A DNA stretch of 64,000 bases from an uncultured Gemmatimonadales bacterium (lineage in GTDB: Bacteria > Gemmatimonadota > Gemmatimonadetes > Gemmatimonadales > GWC2-71-9): NCBI GenBank assembly GCA_963728915.1, contig CAVSLV010000001.1:1632001-1696000 (forward strand), read 5' to 3'. The position numbers and the translations under genes are program-made. Below, in pieces: positions 28,182 through 40,183 of this stretch. The first letter of the stretch is position 1; each line of letters begins with the position of its first letter. The notes under the pieces were generated by a model. That model worked only from the letters and a program-made list of their open reading frames with translations. It was not told where the DNA came from and searched no databases.

Positions 28182-31100
28182 GCGATTTCGCGGATCGCCT
28201 GTCCCGGTTGTCCCCCCAGAAACTGGCGCTGCTCGCTCAGGAGCTGCAAGCCAGGCTTCAGGCCGCGGAACAGCGGACCGCCGAACCCATCGCGATCATC
28301 GGCGCAGGCTGCCGGCTCCCGGGAGCCGACGGTCCGGCTGCGTTCTGGCGTCTGCTGGAGGAAGGACGGGATGCGATCCGAGAGGTACCCTCTGACCGCT
28401 GGAATGCGGACGCCTGGTATGACCCTGATCCGGACGTTCCGGGGCGCATGAATTCGCGGTGGGGCGGTTTCCTCGACGACATCGACAAGTTCGATCCCCA
28501 GTTCTTCGGGATTGCCCCGCGCGAAGCAAGGACCATGGATCCGCAACAGCGGTTGCTGCTCGAGGTCAGCTGGGAGGCATTGGAGCATGCGGGCCAGGCG
28601 CCGGACCGGCTTGGTGGGACGCCGACCGGGGTCTTCGTCGGTATCAGCGGAATGGATTACCTCCAACTGATCCGGGACCGTGCGGGGCTCGACAATCTCT
28701 ACTTCTCGACCGGTCAATCCCACGCGGTGGCCGCGGGACGCATCTCGTATATCCTGGGACTGCGGGGACCGGCGCTCGCCGTTGATACCGCCTGCTCGTC
28801 CTCGCTCGTCGCGGTCCACCTCGCCTGCCAATCGCTGCAATCGGGGGAATGCCGGCTGGCTCTCGCCGGGGGCGTGAACGTGATCCTGGTGCCGGCCATC
28901 ACGCTCTCACTCTCCGCGGCCCACATGATGGCGGCCGACGGCAGGTGCAAGACGTTTGCGGACGCGGCTGACGGGTTCGTGCGAGGCGAAGGATGCGGGG
29001 TCGTGGTGCTCAAGCGCCTCGACGACGCGGTCGCTGATGGTGATCGAGTGCTGGCGGTGATCACTGGAAGCGCGGTGAACCAGGACGGCACCAGCAGCGG
29101 GCTTACAGCGCCGAATGGGCCGGCCCAGGAAGAGGTGATCCGCGCAGCACTCCGGAAGGCCCGGCTCGCACCGGCGGACATCGATTACGTCGAGGCCCAT
29201 GGAACCGGCACCCAGCTGGGCGACCCCATGGAAATCCGGGCCCTCGCCCGTGCCCTTGGGGCCGGCCGTGAGTCGCCCCTCCTGGTGGGCTCGGTGAAGA
29301 CCAACTTTGGACACCTGGAGGCGACGGCGGGAATTGCCGGCCTCATGAAGGTCATGCTCGCCCTCCGTCATGAAACCATTCCCCGGCACCTCCACTTCGA
29401 CGAGCCCAGCCGGAACATCGACTGGGAGAGCATGCCGGTGAGAGTTGCCGCCGAGCCGGTTCGGTGGCCCCGAACGTCAAGGCCCCGCCGGGCGGGAGTG
29501 AGCTCGTTCGGGTTCAGCGGCACCAATGCCCACCTCATCCTCGAGGAAGCCCCGCTTCTCGCCCCTCCTCCGGTGAGCGGGGAGCGCCCGCTCCACTGTC
29601 TGCCGCTTTCGGCCAAGACCCCGGCGGCGCTCCGCGCCGTCGCGCAACGGTACCTCGATGCCTTCCGCGATGGCGAGCACGCCATCCCCGATGTCGCGCA
29701 CACCGCTGCGACCGGGCGGGCGCATTTCGCGCACCGGGCCGCCATCGTCATTCACGACCGCAACGACGCGATGCGAGGCCTCGAGCGAGTGCAGCGCGGC
29801 GAGCATGCGCGGGAGCCCACCGATCGGCGGGACCGTTCTTCCCCCCCCGAAGTGGTGTTCATGTATACCGGCCAGGGCGCGCAATACCCTGGGATGGGGC
29901 ATGCCCTCTACCAATCCGCGCCGGTGTTCCGGGACGTCATCGATCGATGCGACGCGTTGCTCGGCAGTGACCGGCAGGGCCGAACCCTGCGCGACGTCCT
30001 GGTGAAGGCAGGCGACGCCCCTCCGATTCACGAGACGGCATGGACCCAGCCGGCGCTGTTCGCGATCGAGTATGCGCTCACCGAGCTCTGGCGCTCGTGG
30101 GGGATTGTTCCCGCGGCGGTGATCGGGCATTCGCTGGGCGAGTATACCGCCGCATGTGTGGCCGGCGTGTTCTCCCTGGAGGATGGCCTGCGACTGGTCG
30201 CAGAGCGCGCCCGCCTCATGGCGAGCGTCCAAGCACCGGCCCTGATGGCCGCGGTCTATGCTTCTTTGGAAACCGTCGCGCCGCTGGTGTCCCGATGGGC
30301 CGCCAAGGCGGCGATCGCCGCGATCAACGCTCCCGACAACATCGTCATCTCGGGAGCGCGTGACACGGTCGAGGAGATCCTCGCGGATCTCGCCGAGCGG
30401 CACATCGAGGCCCACCGGCTCTTCGTCTCCGTCGCTGGGCACTCCCCGCTCATGGACCCGGTTCTCCCCGCCCTCGAGCAATTTGCGGGGAGCATTGCCA
30501 TGTCAGCCCCTCGGATACCGGTAGGCTGGAACCTGCCCGGCGAGCTCGTCAACGGGAGTCCGCCGGACCCCGGATACTGGGCGCAGCACGCGCGACAGCC
30601 GGTCCGCTTTGACGAAGGAATGCGAGGACTGTTCAACGAGGGATTCCGGATCTTCCTCGAGGCGGGGCCCCATCCCACCTTGCTCGCTCTGGCCGAGCGA
30701 AATGAAACCACGCCGGGTGTTCGCTATCTCGCTTCGCTGCGGCGGGGCAAGGAGGAATGGGGCGAGATGGTGGGAAGTCTGGCCGCCCTGTACGAAGAGG
30801 GCGCCGAAATCGACTGGGCAGCCTTTGATCGTCCCTACAGCCGGCGCCTGGTCACCCTGCCGACCTATCCGTTCGAGCGTTCGAGACACTGGGTTGAACC
30901 GGAAGGAAAAGTCCCGCTTCGCTCACCGTCACCGACCCCAGTTGACCAGTCGGTGAGGCGGTTATCGACCGCAACACCGATCTACGAGACCACCCTCTCT
31001 CCCAGCGCCCATCCCTGGCTGAGCGCACTCCGGGTTCACGGAAGGTCGCTCGCCCCAGGGCCACTCGTGCTCGAGCTCGCGATGCAGGCGATTCAGGACT

Positions 31101-34100
31101 GCTTTGGAAAGCAACCCCGGGAGCTCCTGGACCTCGCGTTCCTGGCGCCCCTGTTTCTGCGGGACCAGGGAACCCGGCTGCAGATCACCCTCGAGAGCCC
31201 CGAAGCCTCGAACCACGAGATCCGCTTCAGCGTGTACAGCGAATCGGAGCATGCCGACTCCTGGACCCTGCATACCACCGGGACCGCCAAGCAACCGATC
31301 AGCGCGCAGAGGGGGTCTCCGGATAGTCCGCCCTCCGGCCAGGAAGTTGAATCGGCCGATCGGTACTATGACCAGCTCGAACGGGCAGGTGTCTTCTTCG
31401 GCCCCGCTCTTCGGGGGCTTCGCGAAATCCGGCGGGGCGGCGGACGAGCCTGGGCCAGAGTCGAGCTCCCGGGTGCCGGGAGAAAAACCCGGTTCGGCTG
31501 GGCTGACCCCGCGATGGTTGAGGCAATCCTGCAGGCGACCGGCCTGGTTTTCCCGGAACCCCGTCCCGACGATCCTCCCCAGCTCCTGGTGGGGGTCGCC
31601 CGGATTGCTCTTCCAGAATCCCTTCCCGAAAGCGTCGTGGTGGATGCCAGGCTGCGTACCGCTCAGGGAGGAAGCTCCTTCACTGACTTGACGATCCGGG
31701 ACAGCCATGGTCGACCGGTCGGTGTAATCGAGGGAATCCGACTCGCTTCCCTTCCCCGGGAGCTCGTCGCCGACGAACCGCCTGGTGTCGGTCCGTACTA
31801 CCGTTTGCACTGGAGACCGGCGCCCTTGCCGGCATCACTCAGCCTGCCCGATTCGGCGACGTTCGAGGAACCTCTCAGGAAGCGGTTCCAAGCCGGCTCC
31901 GATATGCTCGACGGCCACGACCGCATTCTGGGCGGGCTCGACCGCCTGAGCGCCATATATATACGAAAAGCCCTCCTGGACCTCGGCTTTCAAGCCACCC
32001 GCCACCGCAGGTTTACAGAGAAGGACGAAATTCAACGGCTCGGCATCCTTCCGAAGTACGGACGCCTGTTCCATCGGATGCTGTCCATTCTGGCGGAAGA
32101 AGGACACCTGGAGCTGGACGGCCTCCAATGGAAGGTCTGCCGACCCTGGAGTGCCGTTTCCGATCCGCGTTCTCCGGAGATCGGAAGCGATGAGAGCGCC
32201 GAGCTTGCCCTGCTTTCTCGGACCGGTCCGCGACTGTCCGCAACCCTCCACGGCGATGAAGATCCCCTCGAGCTGCTCTTTCCAGGGGGATCTATCGACC
32301 TGACACGGCCGCTCTACGTCGAATCTCCTGGAGCCCGGGTCTTCAACTCGCTTGTGGCTGAGGTCATCCGAACCACCGTCGCCTCCATGCCGCCGAGTCA
32401 CCGGCTCCGGGTTCTCGAGATCGGCGCCGGCACCGGCGGGACCACCGCGTCGGTCGTGCCGGAGCTGCCGGCCGACCGGAGCGAATACACCTTCACCGAT
32501 GTTTCTCCTTTCTTTCTGGAGCGCGCCAAGGAAGACTTCGCGCCCTTCCCGTTCCTGCGGACCGCCCTGCTGGACATCGAGAAGGATCCGGTCGCCCAGT
32601 CGTTCCCTGCCGCTGGCTTCGACATCATCATCGCCGCGAATGTGCTGCACGCCACCGCGGACCTTCGAACCACCATTCGGCATGTGCGTTCGCTTCTGGC
32701 TCCTCGGGGTTTGCTCATTCTGGTCGAAGGAGTGGCGCCGGAACGATGGGTTGACCTGACCTTCGGATTGACCGACGGGTGGTGGCGGTTCGCCGACCCG
32801 GAGCTGCGCACCTCCCATCCGCTCTTGTCTCGGCAGGCCTGGCAGGGATTGCTCGGCGAATGCGGCCTGGAAGACATCCTGTTCGCGCCCGAAGACCTCT
32901 CCAGCCGAGTGGCGCAGCAGCATTCCATGATCGTGGCCCGGGCGCCGCGGCCGGAGCCGAAACGGTGGGTCCTGGTCCCGGATGCGGCGGGGATTGCGGG
33001 GTGTCTTTCGCAGAAGCTGGCCGCGGAGGGGCACCAGGTGGAGCTCCGCATCGACGCGGCGCATCCCCTGCCGGACAACTCCCATCTGGTCTACCTCCAG
33101 GGACTGGACCTCCCCGCCTCTGCGACCGAACCGGCCTATCCGGACGCGCTGGAGAAGGCCGGATGGTCTCCGGTCGCCTTACTCCAATCGGTTGCCCGAA
33201 CCGGGAAAGGTCGCGCATGGCTCATAACCCGCGGCATCCAGGCCCGGCGGGCAACCTGGCAGGCTCCCCTCTGGGGCCTCGGCCGGGTGTTCGCGCTGGA
33301 GCACCCCGATCATTGGGGGGGCCTGGTCGACCTGGCTCCGGACGCATCGATCGAGACTGCAGCCGGTCTTCTGGCGCAATCTCTTCTCTGCGAGGACGGG
33401 GAAGACCAGACATCCTGGGAGGCCGGGCAGCGGCTTGCGCTCAGACTCCGTCCGGCGGAGCCGCCCGGGACCACCGCTTCGATCCACGCCGACGCCACCT
33501 ATCTCGTCACTGGTGCATTCGGAGGGCTTGGCCCGCTCGTGGTGCGCTGGCTGTCGGAACAGGGAGCTCGCCACATCGGACTCCTGGGACGTCATCCCGG
33601 CACGGGTCCCGAGCTGAGCGATCTCGCCGAGGCGGGTGTGCAGCTCATTCCCCTGGCGGCGGACGTGGGGGATCGGGCGAGCCTGGACTCGGCGCTGGCA
33701 GAACTACGGCGCAAAGCGCCGCCGCTCCGCGGCATCCTCCACGCCGCAGCAGATCTTTCGCTGGTTCCATTCATGGAGCTGGACCGCGAAGCAATCGACC
33801 GCATGTTCTCGGCGAAGCTGTCCGGTAGCGCGCTCCTCTTCGAGCTTGGCCGGGCGGAGGGTCTCGATTTCCTGGTGTTCTTTTCCTCCAGTACCGCGGT
33901 CCTCGGTGCTTCCGGTTTTGCTCATTACGCCGCCGCAAATGCCTTCCTCGACGCCCTGGCCGCGGTGCGGCCGGCTTCCTTTCCTGTCGCCTCGATCAAC
34001 TGGGGTACCTGGGAACGCATGCGCGGAGTTGGTTCGGTCCGCCGCCGGGAATACCGGGAGGCGGGGCTTCTGCCGATGCCGGCCGCCACAGCATTGGACG

Positions 34101-34654
34101 GATTATCTCGCGTCGCTGGAAGCGACCAGACCAACCTCATGATTGCCGAGATCGACTGGAGGGCCCTCAAGTCCCTTCATGAGGCCCGACGGCCCAGACC
34201 GCTGCTCAGCGAAATCCGGATAGGCGAGTCCTCGCCAGTGCAGCAGAGGGCCCAGGTTTCCCGCGAACTCCTCGAGTCGCTGGGTCAGCTCGATGCCACG
34301 GGTCGCCGAAGTGTTTTGCAGTGCATCGTGGCTGAAGAGGTCGGGAAGGTGCTTGGCCAGGGCGGAGACACCGTTGCCCCCGAGGTCGGGTTGTTTGCCA
34401 TGGGCATGGATTCATTGATGTCGGTGGAGCTGCGGAAACGACTGGAAACCCGGATTGGGCGCTCCCTGCCATCGACACTCACGTTCAATTACCCCACGGT
34501 GAATGCCCTGGCTGACTTCCTGCAGATCGAGCTGGAACGCCCGGACCTCGGGAACGGGCCCGTCTCAGTCAAGGAAACGCCGAACCGTCTGCCTGAGATG
34601 ACCGAATCCGAGCTGGAGCAAGCGTTGCGGGCAAAGCTTACGGAGCTTCGATGA
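28178..34654 (+). CDS. PKS5: KS-AT-DH(inactive)-cMT-KR-ACP
   Basis: Intact 2158-aa [20 protein letters not shown] and VAGH; DH lacks its catalytic His ([14 protein letters not shown]); [20 protein letters not shown] and HYAAAN; ACP GMDSL. Confidence 0.93.
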   Translation: MSDFADRLSRLSPQKLALLAQELQARLQAAEQRTAEPIAIIGAGCRLPGADGPAAFWRLLEEGRDAIREVPSDRWNADAWYDPDPDVPGRMNSRWGGFLDDIDKFDPQFFGIAPREARTMDPQQRLLLEVSWEALEHAGQAPDRLGGTPTGVFVGISGMDYLQLIRDRAGLDNLYFSTGQSHAVAAGRISYILGLRGPALAVDTACSSSLVAVHLACQSLQSGECRLALAGGVNVILVPAITLSLSAAHMMAADGRCKTFADAADGFVRGEGCGVVVLKRLDDAVADGDRVLAVITGSAVNQDGTSSGLTAPNGPAQEEVIRAALRKARLAPADIDYVEAHGTGTQLGDPMEIRALARALGAGRESPLLVGSVKTNFGHLEATAGIAGLMKVMLALRHETIPRHLHFDEPSRNIDWESMPVRVAAEPVRWPRTSRPRRAGVSSFGFSGTNAHLILEEAPLLAPPPVSGERPLHCLPLSAKTPAALRAVAQRYLDAFRDGEHAIPDVAHTAATGRAHFAHRAAIVIHDRNDAMRGLERVQRGEHAREPTDRRDRSSPPEVVFMYTGQGAQYPGMGHALYQSAPVFRDVIDRCDALLGSDRQGRTLRDVLVKAGDAPPIHETAWTQPALFAIEYALTELWRSWGIVPAAVIGHSLGEYTAACVAGVFSLEDGLRLVAERARLMASVQAPALMAAVYASLETVAPLVSRWAAKAAIAAINAPDNIVISGARDTVEEILADLAERHIEAHRLFVSVAGHSPLMDPVLPALEQFAGSIAMSAPRIPVGWNLPGELVNGSPPDPGYWAQHARQPVRFDEGMRGLFNEGFRIFLEAGPHPTLLALAERNETTPGVRYLASLRRGKEEWGEMVGSLAALYEEGAEIDWAAFDRPYSRRLVTLPTYPFERSRHWVEPEGKVPLRSPSPTPVDQSVRRLSTATPIYETTLSPSAHPWLSALRVHGRSLAPGPLVLELAMQAIQDCFGKQPRELLDLAFLAPLFLRDQGTRLQITLESPEASNHEIRFSVYSESEHADSWTLHTTGTAKQPISAQRGSPDSPPSGQEVESADRYYDQLERAGVFFGPALRGLREIRRGGGRAWARVELPGAGRKTRFGWADPAMVEAILQATGLVFPEPRPDDPPQLLVGVARIALPESLPESVVVDARLRTAQGGSSFTDLTIRDSHGRPVGVIEGIRLASLPRELVADEPPGVGPYYRLHWRPAPLPASLSLPDSATFEEPLRKRFQAGSDMLDGHDRILGGLDRLSAIYIRKALLDLGFQATRHRRFTEKDEIQRLGILPKYGRLFHRMLSILAEEGHLELDGLQWKVCRPWSAVSDPRSPEIGSDESAELALLSRTGPRLSATLHGDEDPLELLFPGGSIDLTRPLYVESPGARVFNSLVAEVIRTTVASMPPSHRLRVLEIGAGTGGTTASVVPELPADRSEYTFTDVSPFFLERAKEDFAPFPFLRTALLDIEKDPVAQSFPAAGFDIIIAANVLHATADLRTTIRHVRSLLAPRGLLILVEGVAPERWVDLTFGLTDGWWRFADPELRTSHPLLSRQAWQGLLGECGLEDILFAPEDLSSRVAQQHSMIVARAPRPEPKRWVLVPDAAGIAGCLSQKLAAEGHQVELRIDAAHPLPDNSHLVYLQGLDLPASATEPAYPDALEKAGWSPVALLQSVARTGKGRAWLITRGIQARRATWQAPLWGLGRVFALEHPDHWGGLVDLAPDASIETAAGLLAQSLLCEDGEDQTSWEAGQRLALRLRPAEPPGTTASIHADATYLVTGAFGGLGPLVVRWLSEQGARHIGLLGRHPGTGPELSDLAEAGVQLIPLAADVGDRASLDSALAELRRKAPPLRGILHAAADLSLVPFMELDREAIDRMFSAKLSGSALLFELGRAEGLDFLVFFSSSTAVLGASGFAHYAAANAFLDALAAVRPASFPVASINWGTWERMRGVGSVRRREYREAGLLPMPAATALDGLSRVAGSDQTNLMIAEIDWRALKSLHEARRPRPLLSEIRIGESSPVQQRAQVSRELLESLGQLDATGRRSVLQCIVAEEVGKVLGQGGDTVAPEVGLFAMGMDSLMSVELRKRLETRIGRSLPSTLTFNYPTVNALADFLQIELERPDLGNGPVSVKETPNRLPEMTESELEQALRAKLTELR

Positions 34655-37600
34655 GCGAGCGCCGGGATGTCCTGCGCGAATCGCTCCTCGCGATCGAACG
34701 GCTCCAGGAACGTTTGGCTCAGGCCGAAGGTTCCAGCCGCGAGCCGATCGCGATCGTCGGAGCGGGCTGCCGGTTTCCCGGTGGGGTTGAGAGCCTGGAG
34801 GATCTCTGGCGGCTGCTGCGTGATGGAGTCGACGCCATCGGCGCCGCGCCGGCCGACCGGAACACCCTGCTGTCCGCCACGCCGGCGGGCCAGGCGCCGC
34901 CGCAGGGAGGGTTTCTCCGGCAGGTGGATCAGTTCGATCCCCAGTTCTTCGGCATCTCCCCGAGAGAGGCGGAGACGCTGGATCCTCAGCAACGCCTGCT
35001 CCTGGAGACCTCCTGGGAGGCGCTGGAAAGCGCCGGGATTCCGGCCGACGCAGCTCATCGGAACCCGCACCGGGGTGTTCGTCGGGATCACGACCGGAGA
35101 CTACGGCGAGCTGGTTCGAAACAGCGGGCAGACCGACGTCTACTCGGCGACCGGCGGTGCGCTCAATGCGGCGGCCGGAAGGATCGCCTACACCCTGGGC
35201 CTTCAGGGCCCCTGCGTCGCGCTCGATACCGCCTGCTCCTCTTCCCTGGTGGCGGTGCACCTCGGGTGTCAGAGCCTGCGGGCCGGAGAATGCGGCCTGG
35301 CCCTCGCGGCGGGCGTCAATCTTGTCCTGCTCCCCGATTTGATGGCGCTCTTTACCCGATGGGGAATGGTCGCACCGGACGGTCGATGCAAGACGTTTGA
35401 TGCGGCCGCGGACGGATTCGTTCGCAGTGAAGGATGCGCGACCATCGCTCTCAAGCGCCTGGGGGATGCTCGACGAGACGGCGATCCGATTCTCGCCATC
35501 ATCCGGGGGTCGGCGGTGAACTCGGATGGCAAGAGCAGCGGGCTCACAGTACCGAATGGCCTGGCGCAGCAGGCGGTCCTCCGCGCCGCCCTCGCCAATG
35601 CCGGTCTGCAACCCGCCGAGATCGATTATGTCGAGGCGCACGGGACCGGAACCTCTCTCGGAGATCCGATCGAGGTCGAAGCCCTGGGGAACGTAATGCG
35701 GGAAGGGCGCACGCCCGCGCGCCCGCTGCTGATCGGGTCCATCAAGACCAATATCGGTCACGCCGAGGCGTCGTCCGGCCTGGCGGGCCTCCTCAAGGTC
35801 GTGGTGGCGCTCCAGCACGACGCGATTCCAGCGCACCTGCACTTCGCCACGCCTAACCCGGGGATCCCCTGGAGCGAGTTGCCGATCCAGGTTCCGACCC
35901 GGCTCACGCCGTGGCCCCGTGGCGACCGGGTCCGGCGGGCGGGAGTGAGCTCGTTCGGATTCAGCGGAACCAATGCCCACGTGGTGCTCGAGGAGCCGCC
36001 GGCCCCAGAGCCCACTGCCTCACCTGCCCCGGGGCCGCCTGATCGACCCGATCTGGCGGTGCTTTCCGCCAGGTCCGACGAAGCCCTGCGCGAGCTGGCT
36101 GAGCGGCAGCGGCGAGCTCTGGCGGCGGGCGTGCCACTGGCCGATCTCGCCGCGACCACTCAGACAGGCCGGGCCACCTTCTCCCGTCGAGCCGCGGTGA
36201 GAATCGATGACCCGGCCCATACCGCGGAGCGGCTCACCGCGGTGGCCGGGGGCCTGCCCGTGGCCGGCGTCTCGATGGGCGCCGCACTCCCCGGGGTTCC
36301 CAAAGTCGCCTTTCTGTTTCCCGGTCAGGGATCCCAGTGGAAGGGCATGGGGCTCTCGCTCGCTCGGACGGAGCAGGTAGTGCGGCAGAGCCTGGAAGCC
36401 TGCGACGCGATCCTGCGACCCGAGCTGGGACGGTCGCTGTTCGAGCTGCTCGAGCGGGAGGATCTGCTGTCGGAAACCCGTTACACCCAACCACTGCTGT
36501 TCGCGGTGGAATGGGCCCTGGCCGAGCTCTGGCGATCCTGGGGAATCCAACCGGCAGCGGTGCTCGGCCACAGCGTCGGTGAGTACGTGGCGGCATGTGT
36601 CGCGGGCATCATGGAGCTGCCAGTCGCGCTGCGATTGATCGCGGCCCGAGGTCGTCTCATGGAAGACCTCACCCCCCCTGGAGCCATGGCGGCGGTGTTT
36701 GCCAGTGAAGAAACCGCCGCCCGGGCGATCGCGGGCCGTAAAGACCGGGTCGCGATTGCGGCGATCAATGCTCCCGACAGTGTCGTGATCTCCGGCGATC
36801 CCAGCGCCCTCGATGAGGCCCTGGAAACGCTGGCACGCGAGGGAATCGGTACCAGACGACTTTCGGTTTCCCGTGCCTTCCACTCGCCGCTGATGGACCC
36901 CATGCTTGCTGGGTTCCGCCGCGAGCTGGCGCAGGTCTCCTTCCGGTCCGGCACGATCCCGCTGATTTCCAACGTCTCCGGGCACCTCGCGGAGTCCGAA
37001 GTGGTCTCGCGGGAATACTGGGTGGACCATGTGCGGCGCCCGGTCCGGTTTGCCGAGAGTATTGCCTGCCTTGCCGAGCGTGGCGTGAACGTACTCCTCG
37101 AGGTGGGACCGGGCGCCGCGCTCCTGGGACTGGCGAAGCGGACTCTGGGCGACCAATGCGGAGTGGCGATCCCAACATTGCGGCGCGAGACTGACGAGGA
37201 AGCCTCGGCGATCGACGCCCTGGGCTCCCTCTGGGTATCGGGCGTTCCCGTTGATTGGGACCGGTTTCGACGCGACCGGAACGGACGACGGGTCCCTCTC
37301 CCAACCTATCCGTTCCAGCGGGAACGACACTGGCTGGAAGAGAAGAAGCGGCATCAGGTCCGTCTCCCCGCTGTGGCGAGCGGGCATCCTCTGTTGGGAA
37401 GCCCGGTCCTCCGCGCGGAGGAGGCCCGAGTCTGGAGTTGGGAGGGTGAGGTCAGCCTGGAAGCGCTTCCCTACCTGGATGATCATCGAATCCAGGGGCG
37501 GGTGATCGTTCCCGGCACCGCGTATCTCGAAATGGTTCTGGCCGCGAGCGCAGAGGCCCTTGGGACCAGTCCCCTCACCATGAGCGGCCTCAAGGTCCAC

Positions 37601-40183
37601 GCTCCACTGGCCCTGAATCCCGATCAGCGCGCCAGAACCCGGACCGTCCTCAAGGGCGATCCGGCCGGCGGGTTCGTCTTCACCGTTTCGAGCTGCCTCG
37701 ATTCCAGGGAGGCCGGCGATTGGACGCTCCATGCCTCCGGTCGGCTCGAGCTGGGCGCTCCTGATGCAGATCCGGTGGACATCGCTGAAATACAAGTTCG
37801 CTGTACCGAAACCGTCTCCGGCCACGAGTTCTACCGGTTGCTTGCAATCCGGGGAAACCAATGGGGTCCGTCGTTCCAGGGTATTACCCGGGTTTGGCGC
37901 CGAGCCGATGAGGCGCTGGCCGAGGTACAGGCCCCCACGGAAATCCTGAACGACCTGGCGCGGTATCGCTATCACCCGGCGCTCTCGGACACCGCGGGCC
38001 ATGCCCTGGCCGCCACCATTCCGCTGGAGGCTTCCCCCGGTCGGCTGGGCGGCGCGTTCGTCGGTGGGGCTCTCGACAGCTTCGTATTTCGAGCCCCGCC
38101 TCGCGGCCGGATCTGGGCCCACGTGATCCGACGCCACGAGGCGGGCTCTCCTAACACGCTGAGCGGCGACATCCGGGTCCTCGACGAAACCGGACGGGTG
38201 GTGGCGGAGACCCGTGGCACCCGCTTGTGGTACCTGGAGGAAGGGCGTTCGGCCCCTGGGGAACCGTCCCTCGCCGACCGCTTCTACCAGGTAGCCTGGC
38301 GTCCCAGCGAAACCGTCGAGATCAAGCCAAAATCGGGACGATGGCTGGTGTTCGCGGACCGGGAGGGACTGGCGGCCCGGACCGCAGAGCGGATTGCTGG
38401 CACCGGCCCCGTCGTCACCGTCGAGCCAGGGGCCCGGTTCGAGAAGAAGGAGCCCCATCGCTACGCAGTCCGTCCCGATTCTCCTGAAGACTACCTGCGT
38501 GTGTTGGGTGAATCCGGCGGTGACCCCTGGACCGGGATCATTCATGCCTGGAGCCTGAACCGGACACTCGCCACGGGGGAGGTTGACCCGGTTGAGGCCG
38601 AGCCCATCTCGCTCCGGAGTGTATTCTCCCTGCTCGCGGCCGCGAGCCAGAGGCCGGCTCAGACTTCTCTTCCCATCTGGTTCCTGACCCGGGGATCCCA
38701 ACCGGCCGGAAGCCCCGTCACCGACCCGATCGGCAGCGCGATCTGGGGAGTCGGCCGTTCCCTCTCGGTGGAGGCTCCCCAGCACTGGGGAGGCTTGATG
38801 GATCTGGATCCTTCAGGCGCCGCCGATCCCGCAACTCTGGCCGCCGCCATTACCGCCGGGGACCGGGAAGACCTGGTCGCGATCCGGAACGGCGTCCGGC
38901 TGGTCGCGAGACTCGCGCACGCGCCGGCGCCGGCTGACGAAGCCTCCCTCACCTGGCGCACCGACGCATCGTACTTGATCACCGGGGGCCTCGGCGGTCT
39001 CGGCCTTCAGGTCGCCCAGTGGATGGTCCGCCAGGGAGCCCGGCGACTGGTCCTCCTGGGCCGCACTCCACTCCCCCCCCGAACCGATTGGGCCCAGGTC
39101 GATCCGGAAACCATGGCGGGACGGCGGATTGCGGCGGTCCGGCAGCTCGAGTCGATGGGAGCGGCGGTGCATCTCGAGTGCGGAGATGTCGCGGATCGAG
39201 CCCAGCTGGACGCGTTTCTCGATCGGTTCCAGCGCGAAGGCTGGCCCCCGATTCGGGGGGTGATTCACGCGGCCGGCACGATGCATCGAGCCCCCTTGTC
39301 GGAGATGACTGCCCAGGCATGGGAAGCGTTGTGGCGCCCAAAGGCGCTTGGCGCCTGGCATCTGCACCAGAGGTTCGGCGATCAACTCGATTTCTTCGTC
39401 CTCTTCTCATCGGCCTCCGCGTTGCTCAACTCCGCGCTGATCGGGGGATACGCCGGGTCAAACGCGTTTCTGGATGGCCTGGCGCAACTCCGCAGATCGC
39501 TCGGCCTTCCTGCCCAGAGCATCCAGTGGGGCCTCTGGGCGGGGGCCGGGATGGCCGACAAGGTCGATGCCGAAGACCTGGGGAGCGCGGTGTCCAGGGG
39601 GATGGGAGTGCTTTCATCCGACCAGGCCCTCGAGGCTCTCGGGGTGATCATGCGATCACGGGAGCCCGAGATCGCCGTCATTCCGGTTGATTGGGAGGCA
39701 TGGCGCGAACGGTATCCGATGTTCGTATCGGCCCCATACCTTGCGGAGCTGTTCGAGCGCGCAGGAGCCGCCCCCGAGGAGCCGCCGGAAAGCACCTTCT
39801 CGCGCGAGGAGTTCGTCCTCCTCTCGCCGGAGGCCCGCTCGGCCGCAATTCGCAACCGGATCCGCCAGCACGCCGCCGGCGTCCTTCGAATGGATCCAGC
39901 CAAACTGGACGATCGCCTGCCTCTCGCGTCGTTCGGACTTGATTCCCTGATGGCCGTGGAGCTCAAGAACCGTATCGATCGGGAGCTTGCTCTTTCAGTT
40001 CCCCTGGTCCACTACCTCGACGGATCGGGAATCGACCAGCTCACCGAGGTCGTGAACAAGATCGGCCGCTGGGAGAGTCCGTCCGACGGCCTCGACCCAG
40101 AGGCTCTGCTGGCGCAGCTTCCCCAGATGTCGGACGAGGAAATGGACGCCCTCCTGGCCCAGCTCGGGGAAAGCGAATCATGA
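34651..40183 (+). CDS. PKS6: KS-AT-DH-KR-ACP (one frameshift near 35045)
   Basis: Joins the N-terminus of ORF 34651..35400 to ORF 34667..40183. [17 protein letters not shown] and [20 protein letters not shown] and DTAGH; KR GGLGGLG and YAGSN; ACP GLDSL. Confidence 0.92.

Noticed and set aside
29490..35985. Near-identical ~40-nt stretches (GCGGGAGTGAGCTCGTTCGG...ACCAATGCCCAC) near 29492 and 35939
   Set aside because: They encode the conserved KS motif [14 protein letters not shown]; this is domain paralogy, not a repeat array.
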